A DNA stretch of 32,000 nucleotides from Dehalococcoidia bacterium (GTDB lineage: Bacteria; Chloroflexota; Dehalococcoidia; GIF9; AB-539-J10), in the NCBI GenBank assembly GCA_016933195.1, contig JAFGBN010000002.1, positions 11,155 through 43,154 of the forward strand. The letters are read 5' to 3'. The number at the start of each line of letters is the position of its first letter. Position 1 is the first letter of the stretch. The notes beneath the pieces were generated by a model. That model was not told the DNA's origin. It saw nothing but the letters and a program-made list of their open reading frames with translations, and did not search any database. A program made the position numbers and the translations under genes. Of this stretch, positions 25,898-32,000 are shown piece by piece.

Positions 25898-27454
25898 TTG
25901 GGTCAAATAATTATAGATCCGCTCACTCGAATTGAAGGTCACCTAAAAATTGAGGCCATGGTGGAGTATGGGGTGGTCAAAGAGGCAAGGTCCACAGGGA
26001 CTTTGTTCCGCGGTTTTGAAATTATCCTTCGGGGGCGGGATCCACGTGATGCACAGCGAATAACTCAAAGAATTTGTGGGGTTTGCCCCACAAGTCACTC
26101 CACTGCAGCTGCTCTAAACTTGGATAGTGCCTTTGGAATCGCTGCTAAGATCCCTGGAAATGGGCGAATCCTCCGCAATCTTATTCTTGGAGCAGCCCAT
26201 ATTGCGGATCATATCTTACATTTTTATCACCTTTCTGCTTTGGATTATGTGGATATCGCCGCCCTGGGAAAATATGAGGGAAAAGATCCAACTTTAAATT
26301 CAGTTAAAGATTTCATCACAAGAGGAGAACTTGGCCCCTTTATTACGAGGTACAACGACGATTTTCGCCTTTCCCAGGAAGCTAACGTGGAACTGGCAGC
26401 GCGTTACCTAAAGGCTTTCGAGATGCGCCGTAAGGCGCAGGAAGCGGCAGCGATATTCGGCGGGAAGCTTCCCCACAATATAGGCATTGTTCCCGGAGGG
26501 GTGACGGCTATTGCCACAGTGGATAAGATCGCCTCCTTCCTTTGGAGGTTAAATGAGCTTCGGGATTTTATTGATAATGTTTACCTCCCCGATGTAATTA
26601 AAGTGGCAAAGGCGTATCCTGACTATCTTGAAATTGGTGCAGGATGTAAGAGAACTCTCAGCTACGGAGTGTATGAGCTCGAGACTACGGAGGCTGACCT
26701 AGTAAGGAGGAAAAGGCTTTTCAAAAATGGGCTTGTTTCTGAGAGTTTAGAACTTGAGCCTTTAGACATCTCAAAGATTCGTGAGGAGGTTAGAAACTCT
26801 TGGTATGCTGAGGAGTGCGCTGGAAAGCCAACCGAGGGAAAAACTATCCCCACTCCACACAAGGAAGGTGCCTACTCTTGGATAAAATCACCTCGAAGTG
26901 ATGGCCGGGTCTGTGAAGTTGGATCTCTAGCTCGAGTTCTTGCCACATATGTTGGGGGCGATCCGAGAATGCGAGAACTTGTAGACGGAGCTTTGAAGGT
27001 AATCGGCGTCTCAGCGAAAGCGCTTTTCTCAACTTTGGGCCGGCATCTTGCTCGGGCTTTGGGAGCAAAGTTTATCGCTGATTCTATGCCTGCCTGGCTT
27101 TTAGAGCTTAAGCCAGGAGAGCCAGCATATATTGACTATGAGGTGCCTGAAGAGTCGGAAGGAATGGGCATTACTGAGGCAGCGCGTGGTGCCTTGGGGC
27201 ACTGGATAAAGATAAAGGATAGGAAAATAGCTCTATACCAATGCGTTGTTCCCACAACTTGGAATGCCTCGCCGCGTGATGACCATGAGCAGCCAGGACC
27301 TATTGAGCAGGCTTTAGCTGGGATTAAGATAAAGGATGAAAAGAACCCGGTAGAGATAGGGCGGATTGTACGTTCCTTCGATCCCTGCCTTGCTTGTGCA
27401 GTGCACCTCCTCTCACCAAAGGGAACGGAAATTGGTAGAGTTCAAGTTTGCTAA
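25898..27454 (+). CDS. [NiFe]-hydrogenase large subunit
   Basis: 518 aa, TTG start after TAAGGAGGA. It has RIEGHLKIE, the L1 motif QRICGVCPTSH and the L2 motif DPCLACAVH. The L2 motif is followed by a 15-aa tail (LLSPKGTEIGRVQVC) of the kind removed by the maturation endopeptidase. Confidence 0.92.
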   Translation: MGQIIIDPLTRIEGHLKIEAMVEYGVVKEARSTGTLFRGFEIILRGRDPRDAQRITQRICGVCPTSHSTAAALNLDSAFGIAAKIPGNGRILRNLILGAAHIADHILHFYHLSALDYVDIAALGKYEGKDPTLNSVKDFITRGELGPFITRYNDDFRLSQEANVELAARYLKAFEMRRKAQEAAAIFGGKLPHNIGIVPGGVTAIATVDKIASFLWRLNELRDFIDNVYLPDVIKVAKAYPDYLEIGAGCKRTLSYGVYELETTEADLVRRKRLFKNGLVSESLELEPLDISKIREEVRNSWYAEECAGKPTEGKTIPTPHKEGAYSWIKSPRSDGRVCEVGSLARVLATYVGGDPRMRELVDGALKVIGVSAKALFSTLGRHLARALGAKFIADSMPAWLLELKPGEPAYIDYEVPEESEGMGITEAARGALGHWIKIKDRKIALYQCVVPTTWNASPRDDHEQPGPIEQALAGIKIKDEKNPVEIGRIVRSFDPCLACAVHLLSPKGTEIGRVQVC

Positions 27455-27455
27455 C

Positions 27456-27920
27456 ATGGCTGAGGTTGGCATTGTTGGCGTCGGGAACCTACTCCTCAAA
27501 GATGAGGGAATAGGGGTTCATGTGATTCAGGCCCTTGAAAAGCTAGAAATTGAAGGTGTGAAGCTTATCGACGCCGGAACCTCTCCAGATTTCCCTTTCT
27601 TCGTTCAAGGGCTGAAGAAGCTTGTGGTCATTGATGCTGCCCAGATGGGGGGGCAGCCGGGGGTGGTTTACAAGTTCACTCTCTCTGAGCTTGAACTTGA
27701 ATCTAAAGAAACGTTCTCCCTTCATGAGATAGGGCTTATTGAAAACCTTAAGCTTGCCCAGGCTCTAGGAGGCCCAAGAGAGGTAACGATTATAGGCGTT
27801 GAACCCGCTGAAGTAAACTGGGGGCTTGAGCTCTCACCAATCCTTAGAGAAAAGTTTCCCCAGATTTTAAATCTTGTGTTGGAGGAAGGAAATGCTTTGC
27901 TCAGAACAGAAACCGTTTGA
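27456..27920 (+). CDS. Hydrogenase maturation endopeptidase (HyaD/HybD/HoxM family)
   Basis: MAEVGIVGVGNLLLKDEGIGVHVIQAL... carries the GxGNxxxxDxGxG motif. I place the start at ATG 27456, 1 nt after the large-subunit stop. The ORF-track start at 27366 lies inside the large-subunit gene. Confidence 0.8.
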   Translation: MAEVGIVGVGNLLLKDEGIGVHVIQALEKLEIEGVKLIDAGTSPDFPFFVQGLKKLVVIDAAQMGGQPGVVYKFTLSELELESKETFSLHEIGLIENLKLAQALGGPREVTIIGVEPAEVNWGLELSPILREKFPQILNLVLEEGNALLRTETV

Positions 27921-28536
27921 GGAGATCTTGGGTTATCTTAATGGAGAAAATTCCACCTTTATTGTTGGCTGTAAAGGTTGCGCCGAGGGATGTGAGAGTG
28001 GGGGTGAGCCTCAGGTTAAAGAAATAAAGGATAAATTGGAGAAAGAAGGCAAGAGGGTTAAGGGCTTTACTGTTATTGACATAGTTTGTGATGCCCATCT
28101 CTCCCGTCTAAAACTTGCCGCTCACAAGAAAGCCGTTGATGAAGCCGATTCCATTCTTGTTATGACTTGTGGGGCGGGAATTCAGACTATAGCTGAGCTC
28201 GCTGACAAGATGGTACACCCTGGTTGCAATACCATTTCCTCAGGTGGGGGTCATGCTGAGTGGAAGGAAGCGGAAAGATGTCTCGAGTGCGGCGATTGTA
28301 TACTGGAGTTTACTGGTGGCATCTGTCCCATAGCGAGATGTTCCAAGCATTTGCTTAACGGTCCCTGTGGTGGCTCGCAAGGTGGTAAGTGTGAGGTCGA
28401 TCCAAGCATTCCTTGTGCCTGGCAATTGACTATCGAGAGGCTGACTAAGCTGGGACAACTCGATAAGCTAGGGAAGATCGTGCCTCCAAAAAATTGGAAC
28501 GTAAGTCTTGTTGCAGGGCGACCAGTTAAACGGTAG
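27892..28536 (+). CDS. metV: MetV-type protein, copy 2
   Basis: MLCSEQKPFEEILGYLNG...CLECGDCILEFTGGICPIARCSKHLLNGPCGGSQGGKCEVDPSIPCAW. The start ATG at 27892 follows GGAGGAAGGAA and aligns with the copy-1 N-terminus. It overlaps the protease gene by 29 nt. Confidence 0.75.
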   Translation: MLCSEQKPFEEILGYLNGENSTFIVGCKGCAEGCESGGEPQVKEIKDKLEKEGKRVKGFTVIDIVCDAHLSRLKLAAHKKAVDEADSILVMTCGAGIQTIAELADKMVHPGCNTISSGGGHAEWKEAERCLECGDCILEFTGGICPIARCSKHLLNGPCGGSQGGKCEVDPSIPCAWQLTIERLTKLGQLDKLGKIVPPKNWNVSLVAGRPVKR

Positions 28537-28628
28537 AATTCGGGAAAGAAAGCAAAAGGGGAGACATGAGCAAACTTAGCGAAGCATTACAATCCCAAAA
28601 GTTTGTGGTCACGGGTGAAGTCGGCCCA
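28537..28628 (+). repeat. Right copy of the 92-nt direct repeat (authentic metF leader plus first 21 codons)
   Basis: See 24648-24739. The two copies are 3889 bp apart in the same orientation. Confidence 0.9.
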
Positions 28629-29435
28629 CCTAAAGGCGTGGCCATTCAGGAAATGATAGAGTCATGTGAACTGTACAAAGGGAGAGTTGTAGCAGTCAAT
28701 GTAACTGATCAACAAAGTGCTGTAATGAGATTAGGTTCACTGGCAGTTTGTCACCTTCTGATAGATATGGAAATCGAACCTATTTTTCAAGTAACCTGCC
28801 GTGACCGTAATCGCATTGGCATACAATCAGATTTGCTCAGTGCCTATGTGCTCGGGATTGAGAATATCCTTTGCCTCACCGGCGACTATGTTACTTTAGG
28901 TGACCATCCCCAAGCCAAACCCGTTTTTGACCTTGACTCAGTTTCCTTGCTCCAGGCTGCGGTTCAATTGCAGCAAGGTAGAGACTTGGCAGGAAAGGAG
29001 ATCCAGGGCTTCCCTAAGTTTTTCTTGGGTGCTACAGTTAATCCTGGCGCTAATCCTTTAGAGCCGCAGATTATCAAGATGGAGAAAAAGGTCAAAGCTG
29101 GGGCTCAGTTTTTCCAGACCCAGGCCGTTTATGAGCCCAAGAAATTTGAGGAATTTATGCAAGCGGTGAAACATCTCGGTGTGCCTGTGCTAGCGGGAAT
29201 CATTCTCCTGAAGTCGGCTGGTATGGCTCGTTTTATGAACAAAAATGTTGCTGGAGTCCACGTGCCTGATAATCTCATTGAGGAAATGGAGAAGGCAGAA
29301 AAAAGAGTAGACAAAAGCATTGAAATCGCTGCTCGACTGATTAACGAGCTCAGGGGGCTTTGTCAGGGGGTGCACATCATGCCTATCGGCTGGGAGAAAA
29401 GAGTCCCAGCAGTCTTAGATGTGGCTGAGTTATAG
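28566..29435 (+). CDS. metF: Methylenetetrahydrofolate reductase, acetogen-type small MetF, copy 1
   Basis: 289 aa with ...AVNVTDQQSAVMRLGS...QVTCRDRNRIGIQSDLL...ENILCLTGDY...FFQTQAVYE..., a typical MetF TIM barrel. It follows metV directly. Confidence 0.85.
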   Translation: MSKLSEALQSQKFVVTGEVGPPKGVAIQEMIESCELYKGRVVAVNVTDQQSAVMRLGSLAVCHLLIDMEIEPIFQVTCRDRNRIGIQSDLLSAYVLGIENILCLTGDYVTLGDHPQAKPVFDLDSVSLLQAAVQLQQGRDLAGKEIQGFPKFFLGATVNPGANPLEPQIIKMEKKVKAGAQFFQTQAVYEPKKFEEFMQAVKHLGVPVLAGIILLKSAGMARFMNKNVAGVHVPDNLIEEMEKAEKRVDKSIEIAARLINELRGLCQGVHIMPIGWEKRVPAVLDVAEL

Positions 29436-29489
29436 GTGTTATAATAATAAGCAAAATGTGAGGAGGAGCGATAAGTTATTAATACTGAC

Positions 29490-30617
29490 TTGCCTAATAA
29501 AGAAATAATATTACAGGTTCTGAGAGCCTCCAGCATATTTGAAGAGGTCAACGATGAGGCATTATCCAAGATAGCTACTTTTTCCCATGAAGTAAGCTTC
29601 CAGCCCGGGGAAATCATCTTTGCTGAAGGCGATGTTGCCGAGAAGTTGTATATTCTAGTGGAGGGAGAGGTAGGCATCGAGGCTAGGCTATCGACTCGGC
29701 CTGGCTCAGTGAGGCGGGGTACTATTGAAAGTGTCGCCCCCGGTGGAGTCTTCGGTTGGTCAGCCATCCTCGAAACTCACCTTACTATGGGTGCTCGAGC
29801 TATCTCTGCAGCTAAGGCGATTGCTGTTGATGGCCATGCCTTGCATTCTCTCCTTGCGCAAGACACGGAACTGTGCTCACCAGTGATGAGGAAATTGGTA
29901 GATATTGTTTCTCTTCGACTTGCCAACACCAGAATTACGCTGGCACATATTCTCTCAGTTTGCTCCCACGATTTGAAAGCACCTTTAGCTGCTGTGCAGA
30001 GCTATCTTCAGGTCATTCTTGGTGGTTTTGTTGGCGAGCTAAATGAAAAGCAAAGGGAGATGCTCTCCCGAAGCTGCGTCAGAATTGCTGAGTTCATTGA
30101 GATGATTGATAATATTCTGGATATTTCCCGCTTTGAAGTTGGTGCGGTGGAGATGGAGAACTTATCCTTGCCCGAGGTGGTTCGTGATAGCATCGAGATG
30201 CTTCGTCCTCTAGCTGAGGAGAAGAAACTGAATTTTACGCTGGATTTAGCTCAAGATGTGCCCAAAGTTAAAGGCTCAGCGACACGTATCAAGCAGGTAG
30301 TCGCTAACTTAGTAGGGAATGCCATTAAATTCACTCCGTCTCAAGGTGAGATTTCTATTAAGTTAAAGGAGGATGATGGTTACCTCAGGGTAGAAGTGGC
30401 TGATACTGGCGTGGGTATATCTCCTGAGGAGTTGCCCAAGATATTTGATGATTTCTATCGTGGGGTAGCCGGAGGCACCGAAGCTAAAGGAACTGGCTTG
30501 GGGCTTTCCATTAGCAAGAAAATTATCGAGACTCACGGTGGGAGAATTTGGGCAGAAAGCCCTTGCCCTGAGACGGGGAGAGGCAGCAAGTTTGTTTTTG
30601 CCTTGCTCAAGAGCTAG
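29490..30617 (+). CDS. Soluble sensor histidine kinase with an N-terminal cNMP-binding-like (CAP effector) domain
   Basis: 375 aa. The N-terminus resembles a CAP effector domain (FEEVNDEAL...FQPGEIIFAEGDVAEKLYILVEGEV...GGVFGWSAIL). It has the H-box SHDLKAPL, the N-box GNAIKFTP, G1 DTGVGI and G2 GTGLGLS. There are no hydrophobic segments. The start is uncertain: TTG at 29490 is the first plausible start after the in-frame stop at 29472. Confidence 0.8.
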   Translation: MPNKEIILQVLRASSIFEEVNDEALSKIATFSHEVSFQPGEIIFAEGDVAEKLYILVEGEVGIEARLSTRPGSVRRGTIESVAPGGVFGWSAILETHLTMGARAISAAKAIAVDGHALHSLLAQDTELCSPVMRKLVDIVSLRLANTRITLAHILSVCSHDLKAPLAAVQSYLQVILGGFVGELNEKQREMLSRSCVRIAEFIEMIDNILDISRFEVGAVEMENLSLPEVVRDSIEMLRPLAEEKKLNFTLDLAQDVPKVKGSATRIKQVVANLVGNAIKFTPSQGEISIKLKEDDGYLRVEVADTGVGISPEELPKIFDDFYRGVAGGTEAKGTGLGLSISKKIIETHGGRIWAESPCPETGRGSKFVFALLKS

Positions 30618-30644
30618 GCTTAGAATTGAAAGGAATCGAGGACA

Positions 30645-31562
30645 ATGAAAGCAGGAACTAATCTGGAAAAAGTTCTGGAAAGTGGCGCTTTTGCCGTCAC
30701 CGCTGAAGCGGCTCCAGCTAAGGGAGCTGTTAGTAGTGCCATCGAGAGGAAAGGCGAGATGCTCAAGCCTTATTGTGATGCCGTAAATGTCACCGACAAC
30801 CAGTCGGCAGTGGTACGGATGTCGAGCTGGAGCAGTTGCGTTCTCTTGAAACAATTTGGGATTGACCCTGTAATGCAGGTCGTTGTCAGGGACAGGAATC
30901 GGCTGGCTATACAAAGCGATGTCTTAGGAGCGCTAGCTCTGGGAATCCAAAACATCTTATGCTTGTCGGGAGACCATCAATCACTTGGCAACCATCCCGA
31001 GGCTAAAGGGGTCTACGATGTCGATTCCATCCAATTAGTTCAAATGTTAAAGACCATGCGAGATGAAAAGAAGTTCCAATGCGGTGAGGAGATATCAGGC
31101 GAGGTGCCTATCTTTATCGGTGCTGTGGCCAATCCCTTTGCTGCTCCATTTGAGTACCGAGTCTTACGATTAGCCAAGAAGGTGGAAGCTGGGGCTGATT
31201 TCATCCAAACTCAGGCCATTTTCGATATAACCCAGTTTGCTAAATGGATGGAGGCGGTACGGAACCGAGGCTTGGATAAGCAGGTTCGTATCCTTGCCGG
31301 GGTTATTCCTACTAGATCAGTGGGAATGGCTCGCTACATGAGAGACTATGTCTCTGGCGTTTATGTCCCAGATGAAGTTATCACTCGCCTTGAAGGTGCC
31401 AAAAGCACCAAAGAGGAAGGAATCAAGATATGTCTTGAGACAATTGAGCAACTGAAAGACATCCAAGGGGTTCATGGCATTCACATTATGGCTGTTGCCT
31501 GGGAGGAAATTGTTCCTCGCATTGTGGAGGAAGCCGGGCTTCTTCCCAGACCAGCAGTGTAA
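30645..31562 (+). CDS. metF: Methylenetetrahydrofolate reductase, copy 2 (divergent paralogue)
   Basis: 305 aa with AVNVTDNQSAVVRMSS...QVVVRDRNRLAIQSDVL...NILCLSGDH...FIQTQAIFD.... It is collinear with copy 1 but clearly diverged, and no metV lies directly upstream. Confidence 0.85.
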   Translation: MKAGTNLEKVLESGAFAVTAEAAPAKGAVSSAIERKGEMLKPYCDAVNVTDNQSAVVRMSSWSSCVLLKQFGIDPVMQVVVRDRNRLAIQSDVLGALALGIQNILCLSGDHQSLGNHPEAKGVYDVDSIQLVQMLKTMRDEKKFQCGEEISGEVPIFIGAVANPFAAPFEYRVLRLAKKVEAGADFIQTQAIFDITQFAKWMEAVRNRGLDKQVRILAGVIPTRSVGMARYMRDYVSGVYVPDEVITRLEGAKSTKEEGIKICLETIEQLKDIQGVHGIHIMAVAWEEIVPRIVEEAGLLPRPAV

Positions 31563-31585
31563 ATCTGAAGCTAGAAGGAGGCATA

Positions 31586-31993
31586 ATGGCGGAACAGAAG
31601 ACAAAAATCTTAATTGTAGATGATGACCCAGACATTCTAATTGCTATTGGAGCTGTCCTGGAGGCGCGAAACTATCAAGTCGTCACCGCCCGGGATGGGG
31701 AGGAGGGTTTGGCTAAACTCAAGGAAGAAGGAGCCGATTTGATGATTTTAGACCTCTTAATGCCTCGGAAGGATGGCTTTGCCGTTTGCAAGGAATTGAA
31801 AGACCCTCGGTGGTCGAAATATGGCAATATCCCGATATTGATCCTAACTTCGGTAAGGGAAGAGGTCAGCCGAAGGCGCTATCAACTGGAGACTGGCTTA
31901 AGTCTCGATGTTGATGACTATGTTGAAAAGCCCATTGACCCATTTGTGCTGGTTAAGCGAGTGGAAAACCTTCTAAAAAGGGGGAAATCGTAG
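31586..31993 (+). CDS. Single-domain (CheY-like) response regulator
   Basis: 135 aa with ILIVDDDPDI, the phospho-acceptor context DLMILDLLMPRKDG, LILTSV and DDYVEKP. There is no output domain. Confidence 0.85.
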   Translation: MAEQKTKILIVDDDPDILIAIGAVLEARNYQVVTARDGEEGLAKLKEEGADLMILDLLMPRKDGFAVCKELKDPRWSKYGNIPILILTSVREEVSRRRYQLETGLSLDVDDYVEKPIDPFVLVKRVENLLKRGKS

Positions 31994-32000
31994 GTTAGAG

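Noticed and set aside
27366-27455. A 30-codon N-terminal extension of the hydrogenase endopeptidase ORF
   Set aside because: It overlaps the 3' end of the large-subunit gene. The conserved protease N-terminus (MAEVGIVGVGN) begins at ATG 27456.
1-32000. CRISPR arrays, tRNA/rRNA genes and intact mobile elements
   Set aside because: I saw no spaced short repeats, tRNA-like cloverleaf regions or complete transposase or integrase ORFs. The only repeat I found is the 92-nt metF-leader duplication.

Overview
The window is bacterial: plsY and gatC/gatA are present, genes have Shine-Dalgarno sites, and they are packed as operons. My hand GC counts are roughly 45-50%. There are three parts. (1) 1-1746, minus strand: a gatC-plsY-gatA housekeeping operon, with gatA running off the window edge. 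(2) 2012-8115, plus strand: a loose acyl-CoA set of 4-hydroxybutyryl-CoA dehydratase-like AbfD, an SDR, an MBL-fold protein and an AMP-forming acyl-CoA synthetase. It is interrupted by ORF-poor spacers, and one spacer holds a possible decayed DDE-transposase fragment. (3) 8527-31993, plus strand: a roughly 23.4 kb co-directional Wood-Ljungdahl supercluster that starts at a near-consensus promoter. Its gene order is cooC/acsF, fhs, a NuoG-N-terminal-like Fe-S protein, acsE, cdhD, cdhA, cdhB, cdhC, cdhE, NuoE-like, NuoF-like, two atypical CooC-like ATPases with an unannotated 56-aa zinc-ribbon ORF between them, metV, a recombination scar, a signal-peptide-less [NiFe]-hydrogenase (small subunit, large subunit, endopeptidase), a second metV, metF, a cNMP-domain histidine kinase, a second metF, and a single-domain response regulator. 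Three points stand out. First, the CODH/ACS is the archaeal five-subunit type (CdhABCDE, including the epsilon subunit), yet it is joined to a bacterial tetrahydrofolate methyl branch. Second, an intact cytoplasmic [NiFe]-hydrogenase cassette sits inside the metV/metF unit, which suggests an undescribed H2-linked methylene-THF reductase. Third, that cassette is bracketed by 92-nt direct repeats, and its left junction is a chimera of the first 21 codons of metF and the frameshifted 3' end of a cooC-like gene. I found no tRNA, rRNA or CRISPR array. folD, formate dehydrogenase and hyp genes are not in this window. All homology calls rest on motif recognition by eye, because no database search was possible.
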